64,000 nucleotides of DNA from Felis catus (GCF_018350175.1 NC_058373.1:113710001-113774000), one strand, 5' to 3'; positions 13,021 through 26,299 are shown, counted from the first letter of the stretch. The notes: a model not told the origin generated them from the sequence alone. Numbers and translations are program-made.

Positions 13021-14075
13021 TGTGGTGAGAACTTATAAGATCTATTCTCTTAGCAGCTTTCAAATATATAATACAGTATAACCTATAGTCACCATGCTGT
13101 ACATTAGATCCCCAGAACTTATTCATCTTAAAACTACAAGCTGGTACCTTTAACTGTGTTTACTTCCTCACTCCCTAAGCCCTTGGCAGCCACCAGCCAG
13201 CTCTCTATTTCTATGAGTTCAGCTTTTTATAGATTCCACATATAAGTGAGCTCACATAATATTTATTTTTATTTCACTTAGCATAAGTGGATGGACCTCA
13301 GGGTCCATCTGTGCTGTAGCAAATGTCAGGATTTCCTTCTTTTTTTTATAGCTGAGTAATATTCATATAGATGGATGGATGGATGGATGGATGGATGGAT
13401 GGATGGATTTCCTTCTTTTTTTTATAGCTGAGTAATATTCCTATGGATGGATGGATGGATAGATAGACAGACAGACAGATATCACATTCATCCATCCATT
13501 GACGGATGCTTAGGTCTTAGCTCTTGTGAATAATGCTGCACTGAAAATGGGAGTGCAGCTATCTGTTTGAGATAGTGATTTTATGTCCCTCAGATATATA
13601 CCCAGATGTGGAATTGCTGGATTATATGATAGTTCTATTTTGATGCTCTGTTTTTAAGGAAACTCCATACTGTTTTCCATAGTAGCTGTATCAATTTACA
13701 ATCCCTCCCATAGTGCACACGGGTTCCCTTTTTCCCACATCCTCGCTAGCACTTATTATCTCTTGTCTTTTTGAGGATATCCATTGTAATAGGTGTAAGG
13801 TGATATTTTATTGTTGTTTTAATTTGCACTTCCCTGATGGTCAGTGATGTTGAGCACCTTTTCATGTACCTGTTGGCATTTGAATATCTTCTTTGGAAAA
13901 ATGTCTGTGCAGGTCTTTTGCCCATTTTTAATTGGATTATTTGGGGTTTTTTGCTATTGAGTGTATGAGTTCTTTATATATTTTGGATATTAACCCCTTA
14001 TCAGCTATGTGGTTTGCAAATATTTTCTTCCATTTGGTAGATGCCTTTGCATTTTGTTCATCATTTGTTTTGCTG
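13021..14075 (-). mobile_element. L1 (L1MA9-like) 3' UTR and ORF2 C-terminal end
   Basis: atagtcaccatgctgtacattagatccccagaacttattcatctta; gatgttgagcaccttttcatgtacctgttggc; ggatattaaccccttatcag. Confidence 0.9.
13369..13480. repeat. (GGAT)n/(GACA)n microsatellite inside the L1
   Basis: Seen directly. Confidence 0.9.
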
Positions 14076-14199
14076 AGAACTCTTAACTTTTTAAGGTATT
14101 TCTGATGTTTTTCCATGTAATTTCATGTAATTAAAATCATGCTGTATAAAACAGTGTCTTGACTTGCTATTGTTTTTGTTGATCATGATTTTGTGTTCT

Positions 14200-14295
14200 C
14201 ATTCTGAGTAATTAGTGTGCCAGGCACTATGTTAAGCATTTTACAAATATTATCTCCTTATTGATACCATGAGGGTAGATATTATTGTCCCTTGA
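14200..14295 (-). mobile_element. MIR fragment
   Basis: tgtgccaggcactatgttaagcattttaca...gtagatattattgtccc. Confidence 0.7.
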
Positions 14296-14404
14296 GCTTA
14301 TGATTCAGGGAATGTATATAAATGAGTCTGTTTCTTTAAGTGGGCTCCACTGTGTAGAGGAAATGCATACGACAGGAAGGAAAGCTAGACATTTTTCACA
14401 CTGT

Positions 14405-14595
14405 GCTTTTCTTTTGTTCCTTGTGTCTCCCTTTCTCTTTCAATTTTTCTCATTCTCTTTCTTTTTCAATCTTTCTCATTCTCTTTTCTCTCTCTTCTTT
14501 CTTTTTCTTTTGTTTTCTCTTTTGCTTTCTCTTTCTCTTGCTCTTTCTCTCATTCACTCTTTCTCTTGCTTGCTCTCTCACTCACTCACTCACCC
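14405..14595. repeat. CT-rich polypyrimidine low-complexity tract
   Basis: About 190 nt that are almost all C/T. Confidence 0.85.
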
Positions 14596-15289
14596 TGAGG
14601 TTTTATTTGAGAGGGAAGGAAAAAGAACCTGTCCTCTTTAAAGAATGAAATATTTTTAACCGAAACCTTATCTGTGGTATTTAGTATGTCAACAAGTTCT
14701 AAACTGTGAAGAAGTCTTATCAGAAGAAAGACTTCTTTGAAAATGATATGGACATATTTGCTGGGTGTTCACTCTTCTAATACCCAGATAAAATGTACAA
14801 GGGAGTAACTGAATTTTACAGTATTTAGATAACTACATAGTAATCAAAACATTCTTTATGCATTTAATAGGAGAATAGGATCTGCCTAGGTAGAGCTTAT
14901 ATGATAGAACTGAATCAAGGAATCAGTAATCTGGACTTTTTGTTAGCTGTTAGAGATGCTACTTGCAGCGTAAGGCAAGCCAGCACTTCCTGTAAGGTGC
15001 CAGGACACCTCAGAGGACACAGATGGCACTCATGCTTGTCCCAGAAAACCTATCCAACTCAGTGCCCTTGCTCCTCTGCTAACAAGGCTTCTTCATTTTC
15101 CCTTCTTAGAGTCATTCCTTGACCTTTCCTTTACCTTCTAGATTATAAACAACTGCAGATTTCCCAGGTGCTGATGATCTGTGTCTCACAGAGCTCAAGG
15201 TCTCCTTGGAATTATTCTTAAGACTTTGAGTTTTTATAGCAGAAATTTCTAAATAGACTTTCAGAGTATCTCTTGGGTTTGCCCTGTGT

Positions 15290-15700
15290 ATCTATCACCA
15301 TAGTCAAGATAGGAATTCAGGTCTTCATTACTCCCAACAGCCTCCTACCTTGATTCTTCCCTGACGGCTCACCCTCTTACATACCATCTCTGGATTTATC
15401 TTTCTAAAACATTCCTCTCCTGTCATTCCTCTGCTCAAGAATGCCTTGAGCATCAACCCTAAATTTCTCAGTTTATCCTTTGAGGCTTTCTCTCATCAGG
15501 CCATCCCCACCTGCATACTTTTATTTCCTATTCCCACATGAAGCTTCCTTTGCAGTCCACTGGTGTGCATTTCAACCTGTATACCATTGATCATATTTTT
15601 TCACAGGCCTAGAAAATCCTTTCTTCTATTTTCAATGTATTCATATCCTCAAGTTCTATTTCTTCTATTATGTGTTTCCTAATTGAGTTCTCTAGGGCTT
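15290..15700 (+). mobile_element. L2 fragment, old
   Basis: atctttctaaaac..tgtcattcctctgctcaag..aaccctaaatttctcag. Confidence 0.55.
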
Positions 15701-16775
15701 TCCTTTCTCTCTACTTCTCTTATACACCATATCATGTAGATGGAATTAATGTCATTATAGAAATTATTTTTCCCCAACTAGATTATAATATAACTTATTC
15801 ATCAATGAAACCATGATGAAGATTGAGTGAATTTTGTCTTCTTCCTTTTTCTTCATTATCATCATATAGCAGGTACCCTTCAAAAACTTAATATTCTTTT
15901 TTCCCTTCTCCAGCTTTGTCCCCATTTCCTGTCCTTGATAGTTTCCTGTCCAAAAGCACTGGACCTTATGAATGATCTTCACTCTCTTGCATCAAATTCC
16001 TCCTTTTCCTTTTGAAAGCTTTATCCATGTATCAGCATGCTCAAGTATGTACCATATTTTGGTATACATATTGAAAAGAACTTATTTTTTTCTTACATAA
16101 TATCGTATAATACATTTTCATGTAAAGCATTTGTGAACCCTACATAAAAAATAAAGAAATAAAAAGTACTTGAAATTTTGTCCCCATATGAAGTGAACAT
16201 TTTGGTTACTGTCTTGTTAGGCATCTCTATTCCTACACACATGGACACAAGTGTCATGCTGCTTTTCATGAATATCTTTTTAAAAATGAGTGATTTTTTT
16301 TGTAGAAGAAAGTTTATCTTCTACAAAAGGGAAGGAAGGTTCATTTAATAATATGCAAATACATCATATATAATGACATTTGTATGTGTTGCCAAAAAGG
16401 GATCATATTACATACAGTTATTTGAATCTTTTTCTCTTTACTAAACATTAAGAAAATACTTCCATGAGAATTAGTTGCTTTACATTCAAGTCGAGAAGAA
16501 ATATTAACAAGTGATTTAAATTAATTGCTTTACATGAATTGCTTTACATTTAAGTTGAGAAGAAAAATTAACAAGTGATTTAAATTAATAAGGGAACAAA
16601 ATCTGATCAGATACTATATATATATTTATTTCAATAGCTTTTCCCTGTACTGTTAAATAACTAGCTTAAAAAAAAAGAATAATTGTTCCATTTACAGCAG
16701 CGTTAACAGTCTTTAAAATCCTTAAGGATAAATTAAAAGCAAAAGTTACCAGATTTCTAGAATCCTGATTTTCTT

Positions 16776-16992
16776 TTTTTTTTTTTTTTAACGGTTATTT
16801 ATTTTTGAGACAGAGAGAGACAGAGCATGAACAGGGGAGGGTCACAGAGAGAGGGAGACACAGAATCTGAAACAGGCTCCAGACTCTGAGCAGTCAGCAC
16901 AGAGCCCGACGCGGGGCTTGAACTCACGGACCGAGAGATCGTGACCTGAGCCGAAGTCGGCCGCTTAACCGACTGAGCCACCCAGGCGCCCC
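16776..16992 (-). mobile_element. SINEC, young
   Basis: Full length, CpG-rich; TSD tagaatcctgattttctt at 16758-16775 and 16993-17010. Confidence 0.95.
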
Positions 16993-17060
16993 TAGAATCC
17001 TGATTTTCTTAAAAAATGGATAAAATAATGTTCAAGTTTATATATAAAAAACTAGTGTTT

Positions 17061-17276
17061 GGGACGCCTGGATGACTCAGTCGGTTAAGCCTCCAACTTC
17101 AGCTCAGGTCATGATCTCACAATTCATGGGTTGCGCCCCATATCAGGCTCTGTGCTGACAGCTTAGAGCCTGGAGCCTGCTTCAGATTCTGTGTCTCCCT
17201 CTCTCTCTGCCCCTGCTCTGTCTCTCTTTTTCTCTCCCTTTCAAAAATAAATAAACATTAAAAAAAAAAGAGAGAG
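17061..17276 (+). mobile_element. SINEC
   Basis: gggacgcctggatgactcagtcggttaag head; TSD aaaaactagtgttt on both sides. Confidence 0.93.
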
Positions 17277-18217
17277 AAAAACTAGTGTTTGGAAATAACC
17301 AATAAGTTTATTAAAAATATGAGCTACTTTTTAAATTTTAAATTAAAAAAATGTTGAATGTGTTTACTCTGCTGTTCTAGAACATGATTTTAATAGCTAT
17401 ATTGTCTTAACTAGCCTATTTTTTTAAATGTAAGGTTGTTCCTTGTTTCCAATATTTTTTTGCTATTATAAATATGCCATAGGAAACATCCTTATGGATA
17501 AATTCTTGTGTACAACCTTGGCTATTTCTATAAAATAAAACCTAGCAGTGAAATCACTAGGTGAATTTTCACATTTTTAAGGCATTTGTCACAAGAATGT
17601 ACACTGATTGTGCTCTTAACAATAGACTTTGCTAATCTCATTCCCAGGGGAATCTTTGTTTACTAAAAAGACTGAACATTTTTTTCACATTTATTCAACA
17701 TTTCTATTTGGCACATATATTTTTGTTTCGATGACTCAGTTTTTAGGAGAAGCATGACAGGGTCAACTCACTAGCTTTTGAAAGTAATAAGAAAACTCTC
17801 TTGAGGTTTAAGGCATTTTGAATTGTAAATTGTAAATGGTGCACAAACAGGTAGGCAAATTATAGTGAACAAACTACTTTGTTGAACACGACAGAAAGAT
17901 CTGGTTTCTCTGCATTTCAGTCGGCTTCAGCCCCTAGGGCAACTAGGACATTGAATGCTGTGTTGGAGAAATAATTTCAAAGCAGCACTGTGAAATCTAG
18001 AGAATTCTATACCAGAAATCACTTAATTTTCTTCTTAAGTCCAGCTTGGGTAACATCATCAAGGCCTACTTCTTCAGCTGCTGTGACTAATTAATTAGGA
18101 ATAACAGTGATAATTGACATTTAATCTATCCAAAATATACTATGTGCCAAACACTGTGCAGTGTATCTGAGGTGGAATTTAAATAGTTTTTTTTTTTTTT
18201 TTTACCAATATAAAAAG

Positions 18218-18249
<32 letters not shown>

Positions 18250-18663
18250 AGGTGCAGTGAACTAACTTGCCATTGAGTAAGAGGACAGACCCCTGCGGTT
18301 GGCCTTATTGCCACTAACTATAAACACTCCTTCCATTCAGCCTTTTCTTTCCTTACTCCTAACTCCTGCTTCATCATCTATAGTCATTTCTAGATCCCTT
18401 TTCTCCTTATCATTTTGGTGTCTTCCTTTCATTGTCTTCCATGTGTCCCTGTCATATGGACACCAAACTGTGCTTTTTTCTGCCCTTTCCATTCTGTCTT
18501 ATCACTCATTAGTTTTACAGGTAGCCATATTTATATTTAACCTACCTAGGATTGATGTTCATCCATAGAAAAAGGGAGTAGATCTATTGCCCTTTCAGTT
18601 GGAAAGAATGTTTATTTATTTTGATGTTTAAGCTGTGGGCTCTGCCATTTAAATACTGATTCA

Positions 18664-18878
18664 GGGGCGCCTGGGTGGCGCAGTCGGTTAAGCGTCCGAC
18701 TTCAGCCAGGTCACGATCTCGCGGTCCGGGAGTTCGAGCCCCGCGTCGGGCTCTGGGCTGATGGCTCGGAGCCTGGAGCCTGTTTCCAATTCTGTGTCTC
18801 CCTCTCTCTCTGCCCCTCCCCCGTTCATGCTCTGTCTCTCTCTGTCCCAAAAAATAAATAAACGTTGAAAAAAAAATT

Positions 18879-18921
<43 letters not shown>
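18664..18921 (+). mobile_element. Young feline SINEC with (TAAA)n tail
   Basis: Near-identical to 1270-1491; TSD aaatactgattca at 18651-18663 and 18922-18934. Confidence 0.97.
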
Positions 18922-18923
<2 letters not shown>

Positions 18924-19199
18924 ATACTGATTCATTCTCCATTAGAACAGTCCTTTCAGAACTGGGAAGCTGGAGGACTGCTTTTACTTTCATAGTATAG
19001 TTTTTTTGGGAAAAAAAGTCTGTTTCCCCCTGCACGGTTCTGAAAGATTGTGTTAGACTCTTGAAATTTATTTTGGAAACTTAGAAGTATGGAACAATTT
19101 ATTAGGAATGCCCAGGCCAGTCTTCGATTTGAATAAGCTATCCACCTGCCCTAGCTTTATTCTTTGGGACAAAAGAATGTATGAATCAAGCAGAACCTG

Positions 19200-19335
19200 T
19201 CTTTTTGAGGTATCTCTTATACGTATCGCTGACTTCTATGTTTTTGGGTCACCAGGACCTAGCATATGGTAAGTGCTCAATAAATATAAATTGCCTACGT
19301 AAATAATTGAATGAATGAATGAATGAATGAATGAT
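19200..19335 (+). mobile_element. L2 3' end with (TGAA)n tail
   Basis: ccaggacctagcatatggtaagtgctcaataaat...tgaatgaatgaatga. Confidence 0.75.
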
Positions 19336-19650
19336 TAATTATAGAGAATGAGAAGATAAAATGGTTTTTCTAGAAGTGATTGCTCCCCTCCAGCTAAGGA
19401 TTATTTAATCTGCAGCTGTTCCATCAGTAGTCCTTGTATGTTGAAGTCAGATGCTTCTGGTCAAGAAGAAGGAACCTTGTGGATTCTTGATAAAGCACCT
19501 TTTATTCCTTATTTTCCTAAGAATACCTGAATGTATTATCTTGAATAACTGAAATTAGGGTCCTTGGATCTCTCAGATTATTTTAAATGCTTAGTCTCCT
19601 TCAAGAGTTAACTGTATCTGACAAATACCCTAATATAATTCTCTTGGTAA

Positions 19651-20083
19651 TGCCCATTAACTGATGAATGGATTAAGAAGATGTGGTGTATATATATACA
19701 GTGGAATACTACTTGGTGATGAAAACGAATGAAATTTTGCCATTCATAACAACATGAATGGAACTGGAGGCTATTATTCTAAGCAAAATAAGTCAGAGAA
19801 AGACAGATACCACATGATTTCACTCATATATGGAATTTGAGAAACTTAACAGATGATCATAGGGGAAGGGAAGGAAAAATAAGATAAAAACAGAGGGAGG
19901 GGTAAACCAGAAGAGACTCAAATACAGAGAACAAACTGAGGACTCATGGGAATAGGGAAAATGGGTGATGGGCATTAAGGAGAGCACTTGCTGGGTTGAG
20001 CCCTGGATGTTATATCACTGGATTCTACTCCTGAAGTCAAGACTACACTGTATGTTAACTAACTTGAGAATAAATTAAAAAAA
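19651..20083 (+). mobile_element. Carnivore L1, 5'-truncated 3' end
   Basis: gaaagacagataccacatgatttcactcatatatggaat; A tail; TSD aattctcttg(g/t)taa. Confidence 0.92.
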
Positions 20084-20469
20084 AATTCTCTTGTTAAGTG
20101 TTGATCTCACTTTACTCTGCGATCAGGCTGATGTATATGTGCAGTGGGTAATATCAGCATTTAGGCTGATAGACTGTTCATAAATACACATACCAAAGGG
20201 GAGAAAAGTGGTTTTTGTAGAGTGGAAACTATATTTCTCCTTCTTAGTGGTCCACTCTTTTGGCTATCTGATGTATCTGCAATCATGGGGAAAGGAGGTG
20301 GAAATTTGATTCCTAATGAGGTTCCAAGCTCTGTTCCTTCTTTCTAACTTGAATTTAGAGTTTTATAACTTAATAGTGAGGTTTTATCTATTGAGTAAAT
20401 ATTAATTGATTGCCAGCACTCTGCCAGGGTCTAGGCATTGAGGATGTGGCAGTGAGCAGGACCAGCTTT

Positions 20470-21250
20470 TAAACCTTTTATTTTGACATACTACAGTAAA
20501 GTTGGAAAAATAGTACAAAGAATTCTAGTATAATATCCTTCACTTAAATTCTCCAGATGTTAGTTTTCACCACAGTTGGTTTACACACACGTGTACACAG
20601 ATGCACACACTTTTTTCCTGAACCATTTTGGAACTGAAGACATGATGTCCTTTTACCCTTACATGCTTCCATGTATGTTTCCTAAGAACAAGGACAATCT
20701 CTTATTACCCATGATGCAACTATTAAAATCAAGGAGTTAACATTGATGATTCTTCCAGTTGTTTCAATAATAGGCATTATAGCAAATTTAAATCCCTGAT
20801 TATATGTTGCGTTCAGTTGCCATGCCTCTCAATCTCCTTTACTCTGGAACAGTTGATTAGTCATTCTTTGTCTTTTACAGCATTGACCCATTTGATGAGT
20901 ATGGGCATGTTTTATAAAAAGAGGTACATTTTGGGTTGTCTAATGATTCCTTATGATTAGATTCAAGTTGTGCATTTTGAGCAGTAATTCCACAGAAGTG
21001 ATATTTTGTCTTTATCTATTCCTGTGAGAAACTATGAGTTCATACCGATAACTCCAATCCCAGTTCAGCACATAGGGTTCATTCTATTTTGCTTCCTTCC
21101 CATATTTTTAGCTCCCGTCTTTGACAGTGAGAAACCAGCTCCAATATACTTACTTATTTACTTAATTCTAGGATGCAAAGAAAGTAGTTTGAGAATTGCT
21201 AGCCCATTCATCTGTAAAAAGAAACCCTACTAGCTAGTATTCAATATTTG
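20470..21250 (-). mobile_element. Old L1 (L1MC-like) 3' region
   Basis: tttttcctgaaccatttt..tttcctaagaacaaggac..ctctggaacagtt..gacagtgagaaaccagctc. Confidence 0.7.
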
Positions 21251-22169
21251 TTTAGAGTGTTGTTTTGTTTTTAGCCTAATAAATATGGTTGCACTTACGA
21301 TACTGCAAATACTATGTTTGTAAGTTACTTGAGTTAGTTTCCATTCTTCATCCCCTTGCACCCCTCCATCCAACGTGGTTGTGTTACTCATTTGAAATAT
21401 GAGTCCAGTTCATTTGTTTCTGTTTATATTTCACTTTAGAGTTTTCTCTTATTCTTATTGAGAGAGAGACAGAGAGTGTGTGTGTGTGTGTGTAAAACAT
21501 GCAGTGTTTCCAAAAGTCAGTGCTGTACCAAAAAATATGCTCAGAACAGAATCACCTCCTATTCCTTCTATGTCATACCCATCTCCCTTTTTCACCCACT
21601 TCCTATAACCATCTAATAATCTTTCTCATTTCCTATTCATTCTTGCTGTTTTTCTTTTTGCAGATATATATATTTCTTATTTGAACAGATACACATATTT
21701 TAAAATTTTTTCCTCTTTCTTACACAAATGTAGCATACTATAGATACTCTTCTGTACTTTTTTTCTTAATACTATGTTCCTAAACCATTCTGTATAAGTT
21801 CATAAGATTTTCTTCATTCTTTTTTCAACTGCAGGATACTCAATTAATTATGTATGTCAGTATATCATAAGATGACATTTTGAACCAATGTTTAATTGTA
21901 CTGAGTAAACTTTTTTCTCTTTCAGTTATAATTAGTTTGGAGAGCCAGTTGGGTCTTGGTGGTAATCGTATATTGTAATCATCTCCCCAAACTCCATAGT
22001 TTGGTAATAAATTAACATTTTGAACAAGTGAAAAATGCTTATGTAGATATGTAATGATTTGAGGTCTTAGTTTCCTTCTCTATAAAAATGAAAGCATTAG
22101 TCTAGGTGATGTCTAACGTCCTTTACATCTTGAATATTAAAAACAAAAAGAAAAACCCAATACAGCTAA

Positions 22170-22615
22170 TTCAGTTTTTCACTACTGAGTATGCTATTAG
22201 CTGTGGACTTGTCTTATATGGCCTTTATTATGTAGATGTACATTCCCTCTATATCTACTTTGTTGAGAGTTTTTATCATGAATGGATGTTGAATTTTGTC
22301 AAATGCTTTTTCTGCATCATAGGAATGAGATGGAATCATATGATTTTTATCCTTCATTTTGTTAATGTGGTTTATCACATTGATGGATACACAGATGTTG
22401 AATCATCCTGGCATTCCTAGAGTAAATCTCACTTGATCATGGGATATGATCCTTTTAATGTATTGCTTAATTTGGTTTGCTAGTATTTCGTTGAGGATTT
22501 TTACATCTAGTTCATTAAGGATATTGTCCTGCAATGTTACTCTTGTAGTGTCCTTCTCTTATTTTGGTAACAAGGTAAAGCTAGTCTCATAAGATGATTT
22601 TGGAAGTGATCTCCC
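22170..22615 (-). mobile_element. L1 ORF2 reverse-transcriptase-domain fragment
   Basis: Minus strand encodes decayed ...[19 protein letters not shown]... (gaattttgtcaaatgctttttctgcatc). Confidence 0.88.
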
Positions 22616-22821
22616 CGCCCCCTTAATAAGTTCCTTGGGGGATGAATGGTTACAATTTACTAATGTAGTTATATATAATATGAGTATCCAAGAACTCTGA
22701 TGATCTGCAGATAAGAAATATTAGTTTATATTTTTTACTATGTATATTAAGAGAAATTCTATGTCATCAGAGGCAAAAATTACCCCCAATAGTTGTTCTG
22801 AAAAAAGATTAAAGCATCAAT

Positions 22822-23000
22822 ATATTGGAAACTAGAAGAAATGGATTAATTCCTAGAAACATACAACCTACCAAGATTGAATCATGAGAAAATAGAAAAT
22901 CTGAACATACTGATTCCTAGTAAGGAGGTTGATTCTGTAACCAAAAATCTCCCAACAAAAATGAGTCCAAGACTAGATGACTTCATGGTAAATCCTGCCA
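22822..23000 (+). mobile_element. L1 ORF2 fragment just upstream of the RT domain
   Basis: ctagaagaaatggattaattcctagaaacatacaacctaccaagattgaat reads LEEMD*FLETYNLPRLN. Confidence 0.85.
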
Positions 23001-23639
23001 TGTGAGATGGAGACCAATCATGTGGTAATGGTAGCAAAGGATCAATAAGCAATGCTGGATGTAGAAATCATACTGAATATTTACAAATAGAAGATCTTTA
23101 TCTTACATTGTTATAAAAGAATAAGGTAAAATATCACACAGATACTTTCTGGATATTTTTAATGTCTACTTGAATTGGGTTACTGTATTATCCTTTGCCA
23201 GTAGATAACACTATCTGATATGATATCCTCTCAACAACCAGGATATTATATTCCTTACATTCTAGACCTCAAATACTTTTTAAAAATTAGTTTCCTTTAT
23301 TGTCTGTTTTATAAAATTGAAAGTCTGTATTTCAAGTTTCTTGAAAATGAAGGTCATTTTAATTATCTTGAACATTTTAACATTATAAAAGCTTTTCCTT
23401 TATTCCTCTTTCTTTTCTCCTTTCCTTTCTTCATTTAATCTTCAGAGTTTGCATTTTCCCTCTTCAATGAAATTTCTCTTTGTCTATAGTATTCCAAGTA
23501 AAGTGACACTTGGTTTTGCTTTAGCTTGATATGGCAGCAGCAGAAGCATATGAAATTTCTTCAAATTTCTTTCCAACTTTGGCTCTAATTTTGTTATTTC
23601 TGAGCACATACATTTTTTGAAATAGACATTGTATTTTTT

Positions 23640-24145
23640 CCTTATAAAACTCAACACCCAGGAAATGAATAGTCCAATTAAAAATGGGCAGATGATATGA
23701 ACATTTTTCCAAAGAGAATATACCGATGTCCAATAGACATGTGAAAAGAGGCTCAACATCACTGATTATCAGGGAAATACAAATCAAAACCACAATGAGG
23801 TATCACCTCACATCTGTTAGAATGGCTAAAATCAACAACACAAGAAACAAGTGTTGGTGAGGATGTGGAGAAAGGGGAACCCTTTTGCACTGTTGGTGGG
23901 AATGCAAACTGGTGCAGCTACTCTGGAAAACAGTGTGGAGGTTTCTCAAAAAGTTAAAAATGGAATCACCTCTGATCCAGCAATTGCACTAACTAGGTAT
24001 GTATTTACCCAAAGAATACAAAAATACTAATTCAAAGGGATACATGCACCCTGAGGTTTATAGCAACATTATCTACAATAGCCAAATTATGGAAACAGCC
24101 TAAGTGTGCATCATCTGATGAATGGATAAAGAAGTTGTGGTGTAT

Positions 24146-24187
<42 letters not shown>

Positions 24188-24580
24188 GCACATAATGAAA
24201 TATTACTCAGCCATCAAAAAGAAGGAGATCTTGCCATTTGCAATGTAGATGGAGCTAGAGAGTATTATGCTAAGTGAAATAAGTCAGTCAGAGAAAGACA
24301 AATACCATATGATTTCACTTATATGTGGAATTTAAGAAACAAAACAAACAAGCAAAGGGAAAAATAGGAGCAAACCAAGAAACAGACTCTTAAGTATAGA
24401 GAATAGACTGATGGTTACCAGAAGAGAGGTGGGTGGGGGGGGGGATGTGTTAAACAGGTGATGGTGATTATGCAAGGCACTTGTGATGAGCACTGGAAGT
24501 GTTGAATCACTGAATTGTACACCTGAAACTAATATTACACTATATGTTAACTAATTGGAATTTAAATAAAAACTTAAAAA
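23640..24580 (+). mobile_element. Carnivore L1, ORF2 C-terminus plus 3' UTR, containing (CA)n
   Basis: caaatcaaaaccacaatgaggtatcacctcac...aatattacactatatgttaactaa; degenerate TSD gaaataga(c/t)a. Confidence 0.93.
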
Positions 24581-25006
24581 GAAATAGATACTATATTTCA
24601 ATTGGGTATTTCCCAAGTAACACAGTGCTTAAAAAAGTCTAGGAGAAAATATCAGTAAGTATTGATGTGATCCTCAATAGAGAAGAACTTCCTAAGCCTA
24701 AGGACAATGGAAAAAATTAAAGATTAATAGATTTATGTGTTAATAAGTTAATATGCACAATATATTTAAATACAAAAATAATAAAATCATAGATTTAAAT
24801 GGCACACTAAAAATTTTTAGTTCTTTAGTTTTGTTTAAAGATAATGCCTCATGCTGTGTATGATATGATCATGTTCATAAATCTCTGGGAGTATAAATGT
24901 TACAACTTTCCTGGAATGTAACTTGGTATCATAATATCAGGAATATTGAAATTACCCACAGCATTTTTTTGGACCTCAGGATTCTGTTATAAGAAAATCT
25001 ATTTTA

Positions 25007-25150
25007 GGGGTGCTTGGGTGGCTCAGTCGGTTGATCTTGGAGTCAGTCCTCAGATTCTCTCTCTCCCTCTCTCTGCAGCTTCCCCACTTGTGCTTGCTCT
25101 TGCGTGCGCGCGCTCTCTCTCTAAACAAACATTTTTTAAAGAAACAAAAC
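25007..25150 (+). mobile_element. SINEC with internal deletion
   Basis: ggggtgcttgggtggctcagtcggttga joins almost directly to the gattctctctctccc CT tract. Confidence 0.8.
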
Positions 25151-25151
25151 A

Positions 25152-25345
25152 GGGGTGCCTGGGTGGCTCAGTTGGTTAAGCGTCAGACTCTTGATTTCAG
25201 CTCAGGTCATGATCTCACAGTTGGTGACTCGAAGCCCTGTGTTGGGCTTTGCACTGACAGTGAGGACCTTGCTTGGGATTCTCTCTCTCCCTCTCCCTCT
25301 GCCCCTCTCCTGCTTGCATTCACTCTCTGTCAAAATAAATTTTAA
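25152..25345 (+). mobile_element. SINEC
   Basis: ggggtgcctgggtggctcagttggttaagcgtcagactcttgatttcagctcaggtc. Confidence 0.92.
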
Positions 25346-25701
25346 AAAAATCTATCTTAAATAATTGTACATGTATATAAATATTTATATGTAAAGATAT
25401 TTCTGCAGTATTATTCAAAATCAATAAAAATAAAAATAAAATAAAAAATAGAAAACAATCCAAATATTCCTCGGTGATTAAATATAGAATTGTGTACTTA
25501 TACAGTATAGTATTACGAAGTCATTAAAATGTTTGCAAAAATTTTAATAAAGTTTTAAAATGCTTATGTTATAATGGTAATTAAGACAGGAAGATAACCT
25601 GCATAAAACATGACTTCATGTATTTGGGAGAAAAGAGAAGATTCAAAAGACATATACAAATTGTGAGTGATTTTTCTTTTTAAGAAAGAAATTGTGAGTG
25701 A

Positions 25702-25904
25702 TTTTTTTAAAGTTTATTTTCAGAAAGAGAGAGAGAGCGAGGAAGGAGAGCATAAGAGCATGAGTGGGAGAGAGAGAATCCCAAGTAGGCTCCGCACTGT
25801 CAGTGCAGAGCTTAACATGGGGCTCAAACTCACAAACAGTGAGATCATGACCTGAACTGAAACCAAGATTTGGATACTTAACCAACTGAGCCATCCAGGC
25901 ACCC
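25702..25904 (-). mobile_element. SINEC
   Basis: gagaatcccaagtaggctcc...gagccatccaggcaccc. Confidence 0.9.
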
Positions 25905-26299
25905 TTATATCGTATTTTAATGAAGGGAAAAACATTGAAAAACAAACATAGTAGAGATCACATTTGCTGTGAAACATGACAGAATTTTTGGATGATTAAT
26001 TCTTCAAGCATTGTTTTGCATATTCCTAAAAAGAAATAAGACAGGAAAAAATGGAAAAAGTATTTTTTGTGTAAAGGTATATTTTGTTTACTCATGTGGC
26101 AAAGCATACTCATTCACCGGACATTGTGAGAATACCTTCTAGGTTAGGAGCAAACTACTACACACTCACGTTATATTTGCACAAAGAAGGCATGATCCTT
26201 GACACCAGGGATCTTCGTATTTAGTAGGGAAGATAAAAGATGTTCATAAAGAATTGTTAAGTTAATGCATTTAAGATGATGTAAAGCATGATAAAGTAT

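Noticed and set aside
14285..14648. Hydrophobic F/L/S-rich ORFs resembling membrane proteins
   Set aside because: Artefact of the CT-rich low-complexity tract.
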